A stretch of DNA of 64,000 nt from an uncultured Chloroflexia bacterium (GCA_963810095.1 CAWEMM010000006.1:544001-608000), one strand, 5' to 3'; shown: positions 31,074 through 40,611, counted from the stretch's first letter. A program made the numbers and translations. Notes: a model not told the origin generated them from the sequence alone.

Positions 31074-32489
31074 TCAGGACGGGCGCAGCAGCAGGCCGGC
31101 ATCGTCGGGCACGCCGCCGCCGGGGGCCATGGTCGGGACGCCGTCGTTTGCGATGAGCTCGGTGTCGGCCCGGGCATACTTCACCAGCAGGTAGACGTTC
31201 GCCACGATGAGCGCCGCGTAGATCAGCGTGAAGCCCACGACGGTAGCGAAGACCTGTCCGGCAGGCACGGTGTTGGAGACGCCCTGGGCCGTCAGCATCA
31301 AGCCAAAGACGATCCACGGCTGGCGGCCTAACTCGGTCAGCAGCCACCCGCTGGTGTTTGCAAGATAGGGCAGGGCAATGGCGAACGGCAGCAGGGCCAG
31401 CATGAAGGAGGGGCGAAGGACATGGTTACGCAGCACCCGGATCAGCGCCCAGAGGGCCAGGGCAAGCATCAGGAAACCGGCACCCACCATGATGCGGAAG
31501 GTCCAATACGTCATGAACACGTTGGGCACGTAGTTGCCCGGCCCGTATTGCTGCTCGTACTGCGCCTGCAGGTCGTTGATGCCCTGGACCGTACAGTCCG
31601 GCTGGTTGCAGGCCAGAACGCTGAGCATGGAGGGGATGCGGATCGAGAAGACGTCCGTGCGGTTCTTCGTGTCGCCGATGGTGAAGAGCGACAGGCCCGC
31701 CTGGCTCTCGGTGTTCCACAGCGCCTCTGCAGAGGCCATCTTCATCGGCTGGGTTTGCACCATGTGCTGCGCCTGGCTGTGGCCGCCGAGGACCACGAGC
31801 ACCGTGCCGACGACCGCCGCCATCGCCGCGACCTGGAACGACTTGCGGAAGAACTCCTGGTCGCGATCGCGACGTGCGAGCCGCCAGGCGACGATGCCGA
31901 GCATGAAGAAGGCGGCGGTGCACAAGCCTGCGGTGAAGACATGCGGCCACTGGACCCAGACGTGCGGGTTGGTGACCAGCGCGCCGAAGTCGACCATTTC
32001 CGCCCGGCCGTTGCGGACAACGGTGCCGACAGGCTCCTGCATCCACGAGTTGGCAATGAGAATCCACAGCGCCGAGATGTTCGAGCCGATGGCGACGAGC
32101 CAGATAGTCAGCAGGTGCACCTTTTGGGGCAGCCGGTTCCAGCCGAACAGCCACATGCCGATGAAGGTCGACTCGAGGAAGAAGGCGAGCAGCGCCTCGA
32201 TCGCGAGCGGGGCGCCGAAGACGTCGCCGACGAAGCGCGAGTACTCCGACCAGTTCATGCCGAACTGGAACTCCTGCACGATGCCAGTGGCAACGCCAAT
32301 CGCAAAGTTGATCAGGAAGAGCTTGCCCCAGAACTTGGTCATCCGTTTCCAGGTCTCATCCTTCGTGACGACCCACAGGGTCTGCATGATGGCGACGAGC
32401 ACGGACAGGCCCAACGTCAGGGGCACGAAGAAGAAGTGATAGACGGTGGTGATTGCGAATTGCCAACGGGCCAGGATCAATGGGTCCAT
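31074..32489 (-). CDS. cydA: Cytochrome bd oxidase subunit I
   Basis: ARWQFA.T..YHFFFVPLT, EFQFGMNW, FFLESTF, QPMKMA, ELGRQPW. Confidence 0.96.
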   Translation of the reverse strand: MDPLILARWQFAITTVYHFFFVPLTLGLSVLVAIMQTLWVVTKDETWKRMTKFWGKLFLINFAIGVATGIVQEFQFGMNWSEYSRFVGDVFGAPLAIEALLAFFLESTFIGMWLFGWNRLPQKVHLLTIWLVAIGSNISALWILIANSWMQEPVGTVVRNGRAEMVDFGALVTNPHVWVQWPHVFTAGLCTAAFFMLGIVAWRLARRDRDQEFFRKSFQVAAMAAVVGTVLVVLGGHSQAQHMVQTQPMKMASAEALWNTESQAGLSLFTIGDTKNRTDVFSIRIPSMLSVLACNQPDCTVQGINDLQAQYEQQYGPGNYVPNVFMTYWTFRIMVGAGFLMLALALWALIRVLRNHVLRPSFMLALLPFAIALPYLANTSGWLLTELGRQPWIVFGLMLTAQGVSNTVPAGQVFATVVGFTLIYAALIVANVYLLVKYARADTELIANDGVPTMAPGGGVPDDAGLLLRPS

Positions 32490-32905
32490 GGACTTTCCTC
32501 CTTCTTGCCAGCCAATTGATCGAATGTGATTTCTTGCAGATGCGTGCGGATAATGTCTCGTGCGTGCACCCAAGCGACATGGACGTTGCATGCGGGAACG
32601 AGCGGGCAGATGCCGGGCTCGACGACGCACTGGTTCAGCGCCAGTGGACCTTCCATCGCCTCAACCACCTCGAGCAGCGATATCTCGCTGGCCGGCCGCG
32701 CCAGGGAGATGCCGCCCTCGCTGCCCCGCGTCGTCACTACCAGGTTGGCTGCGGCGAGGCGCGTGACCACCCGACGCACCAGGGCCCGGGGAATGAGGCG
32801 CTGCTGTGCGATCTGCTGTGCGGTTGCGCGCGCCCCCGCATCCTGTAGGCTGAGGTGGAGCAGCACGCGTGCAGCGTAGTCGGTCTCGCGGCTGATCGTG
32901 ATCAT
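32477..32905 (-). CDS. Rrf2-family transcriptional regulator (putative Fe-S sensor)
   Basis: TDYAAR, RGSEGG.SLARP, EAMEG, C-x6-C-x5-C-x2-H; overlaps the cydA start. Confidence 0.9.
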   Translation of the reverse strand: MITISRETDYAARVLLHLSLQDAGARATAQQIAQQRLIPRALVRRVVTRLAAANLVVTTRGSEGGISLARPASEISLLEVVEAMEGPLALNQCVVEPGICPLVPACNVHVAWVHARDIIRTHLQEITFDQLAGKKEESPWTH

Positions 32906-32946
32906 CGAATATGGCTCGGCCCATGAGGAACGTGGGCCACGGGACG

Positions 32947-33005
32947 AATGAGACGGGACAGGTCTCATTATACCAGGCTTCACGAGCTTGTCAATAGTTT
33001 CACAA
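32947..33005 (-). promoter_or_regulatory. rrf2-cydAB promoter with an overlapping Rex box and a putative Rrf2 operator
   Basis: TTGACA(32994-32989)-16 bp-TATAAT(32972-32967) with extended TG; Rex-like TTGTGAA-ACTA-TTGACAA at 32988-33005; perfect IR AATGAGAC-N7-GTCTCATT at 32947-32969. Confidence 0.8.
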
Positions 33006-33036
33006 GCTTTAACCTTAAAGTTTGCGCGCCAAAAAA

Positions 33037-33084
33037 AGACCCCCGAGTTTGCGCCCCACTGCAGGGCGGGCAACCTCGGGGGTC
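33037..33084 (-). terminator. Intrinsic terminator (family B-like hairpin) insulating the rrf2 promoter
   Basis: AGACCCCCGAG...CTCGGGGGTCT followed by a T-tract on the minus strand. Confidence 0.75.
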
Positions 33085-33160
33085 TGGGGCTGGCTGGCTC
33101 CACACCCTTTCCACTTTGCGATCAGACCTTCACCCCGCGCCGCTGGACAACGAGGGATGA

Positions 33161-33255
33161 AATAGGACACTGATCGAACGGATCGGACTGATTATCACGA
33201 TCTTTACCCAAGGGACGGAGCAGATCAGTTCAATCAGTTGCATCAGCGTCCCATT
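33161..33255. repeat. Family C 9-bp-periodic hairpin copy 2
   Basis: CNGAT at 33170, 33179, 33188; ATCAG at 33224, 33233, 33242; ends AATAGGACACTGAT / ATCAGCGTCCCATT. Confidence 0.75.
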
Positions 33256-33286
33256 GAGATCTGTTCAGGCCGCCGGCGCCGCGTCG

Positions 33287-33634
33287 CTATCGCTCGTATT
33301 TCGACTGTTCGATTTGCCGCCGCAGGGCCTCATCCGCCGAAACGGGCGCGGAAGCGGACTCCTGCCGTGCCTGCTGGGGCGCCTGCGCCCGCTCGATCTC
33401 GGCCGGTGACGCAGCCGGCAGAACAGCCCATGCCCCGCAATGCGGACACTTGACCAACTTGCCGGTCATCAGGTTAAGCCCGAAGAACGAGCGGGGGAAC
33501 GCCTGCCCGCACTTCCGGCAAATGGCCATGCCTGCGGTCGGGCCTTTGCCCCGCCCCACCAGTGCCAATTGCGAAATAACGATGAAGACGACCACGACCG
33601 CGAGTATTAAGACAACGCTAGCCTGTTCAGACAT
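33287..33634 (-). CDS. Small membrane-anchored zinc-ribbon protein (hypothetical)
   Basis: N-terminal TM, CRKC...CPHC, charged C-terminal helix; AGGGG RBS. Confidence 0.7.
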   Translation of the reverse strand: MSEQASVVLILAVVVVFIVISQLALVGRGKGPTAGMAICRKCGQAFPRSFFGLNLMTGKLVKCPHCGAWAVLPAASPAEIERAQAPQQARQESASAPVSADEALRRQIEQSKYER

Positions 33635-33725
33635 TCCTACCCCCTAACCATCGTCACGCTCTCCCGAGCGTGATCTGCTATTCATATAATACGACGCGGG
33701 CGGACGGCGGTTGCACGAAACAAAA

Positions 33726-33754
33726 CGGGACCGCGTTACCTGCACGCGGTCCCG
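33726..33754 (-). terminator. Intrinsic terminator of the ACIII/cytochrome c operon
   Basis: Perfect 11-bp stem CGGGACCGCGT/ACGCGGTCCCG followed by TTTTGTTT on the minus strand. Confidence 0.75.
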
Positions 33755-33781
33755 GTCTTATCGGCTCACGCTAGCGCGAGC

Positions 33782-34477
33782 TCACTTGCTGGCGGGTTTG
33801 TACCCGAACGTGCGAACGTACTCCACCGCAGCCCAGCGATCCTCGGCGCTCAGGCGGTCCTGGTGTGCCGGCATAATGCCCTTGCCTGCGCTCACCGACT
33901 GATAGTACTGCTGTGCCGGGTGCTGCGGGATGAAATCCGCCGTAAACTTGCGCGCCTGAGGGATGGCCCCCTGGCCGTTCGCAGCATGGCAGTTCACGCA
34001 GCCCGCCGTCTCGAAGACCGTCTTGCCCTGGGCGATTTCCGCCGCGGGCACGGCGAAACTCCACAGCGCCCACGTCGCGTTCCAGCGCTGCTCGTCGGTC
34101 AACTTATCCTTGAAGGCCGGCATGTCGCCTTTACCGTTCGTGACCACCGCGAAGAAATCCTGCGGCGCAGCCCCGTGCATGTAGTCGACGTCCGTGAAGT
34201 CGCGCGAGCCCTGGACCTTGCCCTTGCCGTCGGCCCCGTGGCAGCCGGCACACTGCTCGGCGTAGACTGCCAGGCCGGCCACCGCGTCGGGCGGGGTCGT
34301 GGGCAGCACCACGCCGGGCTGCGGGGTGTTCTGAGCGCCGGGCGGCGGTTCGGTCGCCGGGATCAGCGTCGGAATCGGCGTCGGCGCCGGCTCGGGCAAG
34401 GGCGGCGGATGGCTGCACGCTGCCAACGCCAGGCTCAATAAGATCACGCAGAGGGACAGCAGGATCTTTGTCTTCAT
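33782..34477 (-). CDS. Lipoprotein dihaem cytochrome c
   Basis: Lipobox LAAC, Pro-rich linker, CAGCH and CVNCH each with a distal MPA. Confidence 0.9.
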   Translation of the reverse strand: MKTKILLSLCVILLSLALAACSHPPPLPEPAPTPIPTLIPATEPPPGAQNTPQPGVVLPTTPPDAVAGLAVYAEQCAGCHGADGKGKVQGSRDFTDVDYMHGAAPQDFFAVVTNGKGDMPAFKDKLTDEQRWNATWALWSFAVPAAEIAQGKTVFETAGCVNCHAANGQGAIPQARKFTADFIPQHPAQQYYQSVSAGKGIMPAHQDRLSAEDRWAAVEYVRTFGYKPASK

Positions 34478-34520
34478 AAACTCTTCCTCTCCGTTGGCCA
34501 GCGCCCGCGAACAAGCGGGT

Positions 34521-35042
34521 TCACTGGCTGAGTGTCTTCACATAGTTAACGGTGTCCCAGCGCTCGCGCACGTCGAGGTTCTCCCGCAGGGGCGGCATCG
34601 CGCCATAACCGTTCGAAATCGTGATGTAGACCGTACCGTCCGACATCGTCTTCATGCGCGGATCGGACAGGTTCGCAGGCTTGCGCATCTGCGCGTTCCA
34701 GAACTGCGTGATCGGCCCGTCGCCCTGGCCCCGCGGGCCATGACACAGCGCACAATTCCGCTCGTAGAGGTGCCGGCCGCGATCCAACGAGACGGGGTCG
34801 GCCGTCACGGGGTTGTCGGGGATGCCGCTCGCCGGCCAGCTTGGCCCGTTGACCTTGATCGTCTCGCTGGGCGCCCACTTACGCGGGCCCTGTTGGTAGT
34901 CGACCGAGATCTGAAACTTCATGTTGCTGGCCCACTGGAACTTGATGACGTCGTACGTGAACAACAGGCCGATCAGGAGCGGCACGGTGACGATCACGAG
35001 CGTCAGGATCACGCGGCGCAGGTAACCTTTGGGTGGGATCAT
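34521..35042 (-). CDS. actE: Monohaem cytochrome c, ActE-like
   Basis: N-terminal TM, NPV....SLDRG..LY..NCALCHG..G.GDG, ISNGYGAMP; ATGA overlap with actD. Confidence 0.75.
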   Translation of the reverse strand: MIPPKGYLRRVILTLVIVTVPLLIGLLFTYDVIKFQWASNMKFQISVDYQQGPRKWAPSETIKVNGPSWPASGIPDNPVTADPVSLDRGRHLYERNCALCHGPRGQGDGPITQFWNAQMRKPANLSDPRMKTMSDGTVYITISNGYGAMPPLRENLDVRERWDTVNYVKTLSQ

Positions 35043-35566
35043 AGCGGCCTCCGCTCCGGCTCGTAGATGCGTTCCGCGCCTTTTTCGGCCAGCACCCGGC
35101 GCACATCTTCCTCGTAGCGCATGTCCACGTTGGCCATGACGGCGATGCGGCCTTCGTTGACGATGGGATCGTAGTATTGGACCCGGGTCGACGGGAAGCC
35201 GCACTTCCACAAGAAGTTCAGGAAGGTGCCGAGGATCAGCCCGAGCATGGTTAGCTCATAGAGCGGGATGACGGAGGTCGGGATGGACGTGTACGGCCGC
35301 CCACCCACCCGGATGGAGTAAAACCACCACTGTGTGCCGTAGGTCAGGAAGAAGCCGATGGCGAACCCGGTGGCCGCGCCGATCAGGCTGGCCCACGGGA
35401 TATTCTCGTGGATGTGGGGCCGCCCCAGCATCTTGGAGGAGTGCGGCACGCCTTGCGAGATTTCGATGTCGTCCTCACGGAGGCCCAGCAGGCGCAGGCC
35501 GTCGATGGCCTCGGCTGCCTTGAGAACATCCGTATAGAGCCCGGTCAGGATGATTTTGCGTGGCAT
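35039..35566 (-). CDS. actD: Alternative complex III subunit ActD (DUF3341)
   Basis: Two TMs flanking RVGGRP...PLYELTML, DP....GR; follows the NrfD subunit. Confidence 0.8.
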   Translation of the reverse strand: MPRKIILTGLYTDVLKAAEAIDGLRLLGLREDDIEISQGVPHSSKMLGRPHIHENIPWASLIGAATGFAIGFFLTYGTQWWFYSIRVGGRPYTSIPTSVIPLYELTMLGLILGTFLNFLWKCGFPSTRVQYYDPIVNEGRIAVMANVDMRYEEDVRRVLAEKGAERIYEPERRPL

Positions 35567-35584
35567 GGGTACCTCCGGTCCTTC

Positions 35585-37015
35585 CTATTCCAATTCCGCA
35601 ACGGAGGTGACGACGGTCTTGCCGATCCGGCGTCTGCTGTGGCTCAGCTGGCCTTCGAGCACTTCCCACACGGGAATCAGCGGAATGACCCGGCTGGCCA
35701 GCACGTACAGCAACGAGAACAAGGCTAACGTGCCCACCGCGATGCTGATCTCGACGAACTGGGGGTTATAGTAGCCCCAGTCGAACGGCAGGCGTTGCCG
35801 CTGCAGGAACCCCGGGATGATCAGGTAGCGCTCCATGTACATCCCGACCTGGATGGTCAGCGAGATCAGGAACAGAGCAATGGGCGAGCGCCGCACCCGC
35901 GCGCTCCAGAGCGTCGACCAGGGCACGACGATGTTGCAGAAAAGCATCAGGTACCAGAGCGGCGCGATGGCGCCGCGCGCCTGGAAAGTGAGCAGTTGGT
36001 GGCCCACCCACTCGCCGCCATACCACTCGACCAGGTAGTCGTTGAAGAAGAAGTACGCCCAGGAAATGGAGAAGATCAGAACTAACTTTGCCAGCGCGTC
36101 AAAGTGCTCCTGCCTCAGGAAGTACTGCAGCTTCATCGTTTTACGGACGACCAGCAGCACCGCAATGACGGCGGAGACGCCCGAGAAGATGGCGCCGACG
36201 ACGAAATAGGGGCCGAAGATGCTCGATCGCCACCCCACCTGCTTCGCCATCGCAAAGTCCCAAGACACGATCGTGTGCACCGAGAACATGATCGGGATGA
36301 TCGCAAAGGCGAACAGGTTGATCGTCTTGTGCAGATAGTGCCACTCGTATTCCATTCCGCGCCAGCCCAGCGACGCCAGCTTGTACACCGTGCGACGCCA
36401 GCCCTTGACCCGGTCGCGGGCCATGGCCAGGTCGGGAATCATGGGCAGGTAGACGTAGATGGTCGACCCGATCAGATACGTCGTAATAGCCAGCATGTCC
36501 CACGCGAGCGGCGACTGGAAGTTGGCCCAGAGGTAGCGCTGGTTCGGGATGGGCACCATGTAATAGACGGTCCACGCCCGGCCGAGGTGAATGACCGGGA
36601 ACAGAAAACCGCAGACCAGCGAGAACGACGTCATCAACTCCGCGGCGCGTGTGATGGGGCGGCGGAACTCGGCGTTGAACACCCGCAGGATCGCGGAGAT
36701 GAACGTGCCCGAGTGGCTGATGCCGATCCAGAACACGAAGGTGGCGATGAACACGCCCCACCCCACCGGGCGCCGGATGCCCGCCAGGCCCATCCCGTTC
36801 AGGACCATGTAGAGCCACGTGCCGAAGAGGCCGAAAATCACGATCAGGGCCAGCACGACGACGAGCAACCAGTACCCGGGGCTGGCCTTGAGCATCGGCC
36901 GCAGCACCATCTGGTTCATCTCTTCCTGCGGGATCGGGTCCAGCAGGAGCCGCTCTTTGGGATCGTCGTTGTGCGGCCAGGCGAAGTTCTTCAGCCGGGA
37001 GAGGTCACCCTGCAT
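35585..37015 (-). CDS. actC: NrfD/PsrC-family quinol-binding subunit ActC
   Basis: WGVFIATFVFWIGISHSGTFISAIL, R.AE, IHLGR, NFQSPLAWD..AI.TY, SVHTIVSWDFA, GPYFVVGAIFSG. Confidence 0.92.
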   Translation of the reverse strand: MQGDLSRLKNFAWPHNDDPKERLLLDPIPQEEMNQMVLRPMLKASPGYWLLVVVLALIVIFGLFGTWLYMVLNGMGLAGIRRPVGWGVFIATFVFWIGISHSGTFISAILRVFNAEFRRPITRAAELMTSFSLVCGFLFPVIHLGRAWTVYYMVPIPNQRYLWANFQSPLAWDMLAITTYLIGSTIYVYLPMIPDLAMARDRVKGWRRTVYKLASLGWRGMEYEWHYLHKTINLFAFAIIPIMFSVHTIVSWDFAMAKQVGWRSSIFGPYFVVGAIFSGVSAVIAVLLVVRKTMKLQYFLRQEHFDALAKLVLIFSISWAYFFFNDYLVEWYGGEWVGHQLLTFQARGAIAPLWYLMLFCNIVVPWSTLWSARVRRSPIALFLISLTIQVGMYMERYLIIPGFLQRQRLPFDWGYYNPQFVEISIAVGTLALFSLLYVLASRVIPLIPVWEVLEGQLSHSRRRIGKTVVTSVAELE

Positions 37016-37724
37016 TGGACTGTCCTCCCTTCAGGTAGATCACCGCGGGGAAAGTGCCCTGCTCTTCGAGGACGGTGAAACTGCGCCGGCTGCGCGCCAG
37101 CTGGCCCACCGGGCTCTCGGGGTTGTTCATGTCGCCGAAGGTAAACACGCTCGTGGGGCAGGCCTGGGCGCAGGCAGGCACGACTGCGTCCGCCTCCAGC
37201 GGCTCGCCTTGCTGCTTGGCGGTCAGCTCGGCCCGCTTGATGCGCTGGATGCAGAAGGTGCACTTCTCCATGACGCCCCGGTAGCGCACGGTGACGTCCG
37301 GGTTGAGTTGCTGTTCGAGCGGCGCCGGAAACCAGGGATCGAACCAGTTGAACATGCGGACCGAATACGGGCAGTTGTTGGCGCAATAGCGGGTGCCGAT
37401 GCACCGGTTGTAAATCTGCCCATTAATGCCTTCCTCGTCGCTGTGATAGGCGGCGAAGACCGGGCACACCGGCTCGCATGGGGCGTGCGCGCACTGCTGG
37501 CAGAACATGGGGAGGTAACGCGCTTTGATGTCGGGGAACTCGCCGTCCCAGTAGCGCTCGATGCGGATCCAGTGCCGCGAGCGGCCGGTCGCCACCTCAC
37601 TGGGGCCGACTGAAGGCACGTTGTTTTCGGCATGGCAGGCGACGACGCACGCCTGGCAGCCGGTGCACCGGTCCAGGTCGACGATCATGGTCCACTTGTG
37701 GCTGCCTTTGACTTCCTCACTCAT
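37005..37724 (-). CDS. Four-cluster Fe-S subunit (ActB2/QrcC/NrfC-like)
   Basis: CTGCQACVVAC, CQQC..APCEPVCP, CIGTRYCANNCPY, CTFC...PAC...CP. Confidence 0.92.
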   Translation of the reverse strand: MSEEVKGSHKWTMIVDLDRCTGCQACVVACHAENNVPSVGPSEVATGRSRHWIRIERYWDGEFPDIKARYLPMFCQQCAHAPCEPVCPVFAAYHSDEEGINGQIYNRCIGTRYCANNCPYSVRMFNWFDPWFPAPLEQQLNPDVTVRYRGVMEKCTFCIQRIKRAELTAKQQGEPLEADAVVPACAQACPTSVFTFGDMNNPESPVGQLARSRRSFTVLEEQGTFPAVIYLKGGQSNAG

Positions 37725-37738
37725 AACGCACTCCTATT

Positions 37739-40021
37739 TCAGCCCGGGAAGATGCCGTCTTCGTTGGCAGCGTCGACGCCGACGTTGTTCTCGATGCGCG
37801 GCAGCGTCCGGGTGCGCCCCAGCTTCTCGATGCGGACGCGGGTGGCGCCCCAGGCCAGCTCACCATCTTGCGTGGTGGCGGGGGCCAGGATCGCCGTCAC
37901 GTTCGTGCCGCGATTCTTCGCGAAGCGGCCAAACTCGATGTGGCCTTCGCCCATGGGCACCCCGACCACGTCGGGGCGGATGGCAGGATAGACGTAGGCA
38001 ATGGCGGTGATTTCTCCGTAGGGCGAGATCACCTTGACCACGTCGTCCATGGCGATGCCCATCTCCTGAGCGGCCGTGGGGTTGATCTGCACCCAGGTCT
38101 CCCAAGACGCGGTCGTCATCGGATCGGGCGCCTCCTGCAGCCACGACGATGCGGCCCCGCGGCCGTTGCCCATCGTGACCGATGGGAAGGCGTATAGATA
38201 AAACGGGTACTGCTCGGGGTTCCCTTCGTATGAGGCCGGCGGCACGACGGCCCCACCGGGCAAAGAAGGAGCGGCGCTGGGATAGACCGGCGCCTCCACT
38301 GTGGGCCACCAGCCGCCGACCTGGCGCCAGCCGGCCCAGATCTTGTCGCCGTTCGCCGTGTCGTACAGTGCGCTCTGGCCCGCCAACTTCGTCACCGCGG
38401 CCTTGAGGTATTCGACGGTGTTCTTGTAGGGCAGGGCCGTGGCCGCGGGGCCGCCGATGGCCTGGGCGAGCGCCAGGATCACGTCGGGCGTGGCGCGGGT
38501 GTCGTACAGCGGCTGCACCACCGGCTGGAGACCGGTCACCATGGGCCTGTCCGTGGCGGGGTTGACCGCTTGGAAGCCCCAGCTTTCGAGGTAGTTGTGA
38601 TCCGGCAGGATCAGATCGGAGAGGATACTCGTCTCGTCGGGCTCGGAGCTGAACGACACCACGAACGGGACCTTGCCGACGGCCTCGACGAACTTCGTCG
38701 CAATGGGCAGCTCGTGACGGGGATTACCCTGGACCATGAGCACATCCACGCCGCCGGTGTTCATCCGATCGATCAGCGCCTGCACGTCGGCGTAGGAAGC
38801 GACGGCGGTGGGAGCCAGCATGGGGTCTGCGGCGGGCGGCGTCAGCGTGAACGCGCTGCCTTCGGGACCCAGGTGACCGGCCAGCGCGTTGAGCGCCAGG
38901 ATGGCCGTGACAGCAGCGGGCCCGTTGGTTTGGCCCGCCACGGTGCCGCCCGGCACAGCCGTAGAGTCTGGCGTTCCGCCAAACTTCTGCGCCAACTCGA
39001 CCAGCCGCTGCGGCGCGATCCCGCTTAGCGATGCGGCGGTGTTCACGTCTCCGGCACTGAAGAACCCGGCGACCGGGCTGGTGGCCGCGTTGCCAATCTT
39101 CTGGTCGACCATGATGCGGCCGATGGCGAGCGCGACGGCCCCCTCGGTGCCGGGCAAGATGGGGATCCACTCGTCGGCAACCGCACCCATGGGCGTCATG
39201 CTGGGCTCAAACTGCACGAAGTAACCCCGCTTGCCGAGCGCCTGGCCGCGCATCTCGCCGAACGAGCGGTTGTAGGCCACGATCGACAAGCCGCCGTCGA
39301 CCAGCGGGCCGCCAAACGAGAAGACCACGCCACTGTCGGAGAGGTGGAAGAACGGGGTCGACCCGGCCGCGCCCCCGGCCGCCGGCTGTCCGAAATACTG
39401 GTCAACCAGCTTCGTCAAGGTCTGGCGGCCCGCATAGGCGTTCTCGGTGTCGTAAAACACCGGCGCAGGCGAGCCGAGCGCCTGCAGGAACGGCGCCATT
39501 ACCGCGGAGAGCATGTCGTTGATGTCGCTGCCGTAGAACGCGATCGAGCCGGGCCGGGCGCTCTTGATCCGATCTGCAACCTGGTTGAGCGCGTCGGGCC
39601 ACGGAATCGCCGTGGCCTTCAGACCGTAGCGCTGGCCGAACGGGTCTACCGACCCGCCGCCCGAGCCGCGCGCCTCATTGCGCAGTGCGTTCTGGAAGCG
39701 GTCGGGGTTGTACAGGTATTGCAGCCCGGACTGCCCCCGCGCACAGCTCTTGCCGGCGTTGAGGGGATGCTCGGGGTTGCCTTCAATCTTGTGGGCCCGG
39801 CCGTTCGCGTTACGGACGACGATGCCGCAGCCCGCCGAGCACATGCGGCAGCCGCTGGCGTACCACACGTTGTCGCCGGGCAGGGCTTCCTCTGGCGGGA
39901 CCACGAAGGGCACGAGGAACTCACTCTGTTCGAGGTTGATCGTACAACCGCTGACTGCCACCATCGTGCCGGTTAACGCACCCAGTTGGAAAAACTTTCG
40001 CCGGGAGATTCGTTTGGTCAT
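37739..40021 (-). CDS. Molybdopterin-oxidoreductase-fold subunit (ActB1/QrcB-like), Tat lipoprotein
   Basis: SRRKFF Tat motif, VSGC lipobox, CRMCSAGC...KIEGNP.HP...CARGQ, WLQE.PDP.T...W. Confidence 0.88.
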   Translation of the reverse strand: MTKRISRRKFFQLGALTGTMVAVSGCTINLEQSEFLVPFVVPPEEALPGDNVWYASGCRMCSAGCGIVVRNANGRAHKIEGNPEHPLNAGKSCARGQSGLQYLYNPDRFQNALRNEARGSGGGSVDPFGQRYGLKATAIPWPDALNQVADRIKSARPGSIAFYGSDINDMLSAVMAPFLQALGSPAPVFYDTENAYAGRQTLTKLVDQYFGQPAAGGAAGSTPFFHLSDSGVVFSFGGPLVDGGLSIVAYNRSFGEMRGQALGKRGYFVQFEPSMTPMGAVADEWIPILPGTEGAVALAIGRIMVDQKIGNAATSPVAGFFSAGDVNTAASLSGIAPQRLVELAQKFGGTPDSTAVPGGTVAGQTNGPAAVTAILALNALAGHLGPEGSAFTLTPPAADPMLAPTAVASYADVQALIDRMNTGGVDVLMVQGNPRHELPIATKFVEAVGKVPFVVSFSSEPDETSILSDLILPDHNYLESWGFQAVNPATDRPMVTGLQPVVQPLYDTRATPDVILALAQAIGGPAATALPYKNTVEYLKAAVTKLAGQSALYDTANGDKIWAGWRQVGGWWPTVEAPVYPSAAPSLPGGAVVPPASYEGNPEQYPFYLYAFPSVTMGNGRGAASSWLQEAPDPMTTASWETWVQINPTAAQEMGIAMDDVVKVISPYGEITAIAYVYPAIRPDVVGVPMGEGHIEFGRFAKNRGTNVTAILAPATTQDGELAWGATRVRIEKLGRTRTLPRIENNVGVDAANEDGIFPG

Positions 40022-40032
40022 GGCGTTACCCT

Positions 40033-40611
40033 TTAGTAGTGGCACGTGACGCAGTCGGTCAAGCGCGTCGCGCGCTCGGCCGGCTGCTGCATGCGATGGC
40101 AAGTGATGCAGAACCCCATGTTCAGGTTGTAGCCGACGGCATAACCCATCTGCGAGACGTTGCCGTGGCAGGTCTCACAGGCGAGCCCGGCTGACAAGTG
40201 GGGGTTGTGCTTGAACTGTACGAAGTCGCCCAACACGGTCACCTTGACCCACTCGATCGGCTTCTTCGCGTCCCAGTAAGCCACGAGTTGATCGATGTCC
40301 TTCTGATCGGCGGGGTCTTTGGGCACTACGTTGGTGTGGCAGCCCATGCACTTGGCCGTGGAAGGCAGCCCGGCAACCCAGCCGCGAGTGGCGCCCGAAT
40401 GACAATACACGCAGGTGGCGCCGGCGGCGACATGTTGGCTGTGTTTGAAGACAAGGGGCTGGGGCGGTGGGGTAAAATAGCGTACTGCCAGGAAAACGCC
40501 GCCGACAACCACCACTCCGATGAGCACCAGAAGAGCGCCTACGGCGGCGGCAAGGCGCGGGTGCTGCCGGATCAATGATAGGATCATACTCACGCTCCAG
40601 TCTGCGATCAT
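40033..40611 (-). CDS. actA: Pentahaem cytochrome c ActA
   Basis: N-terminal TM, QP..F.H..H, five CxxCH (CVYCH, CMGCH, CETCH, CITCH, CVTCH); start may be 40587. Confidence 0.9.
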   Translation of the reverse strand: MIADWSVSMILSLIRQHPRLAAAVGALLVLIGVVVVGGVFLAVRYFTPPPQPLVFKHSQHVAAGATCVYCHSGATRGWVAGLPSTAKCMGCHTNVVPKDPADQKDIDQLVAYWDAKKPIEWVKVTVLGDFVQFKHNPHLSAGLACETCHGNVSQMGYAVGYNLNMGFCITCHRMQQPAERATRLTDCVTCHY

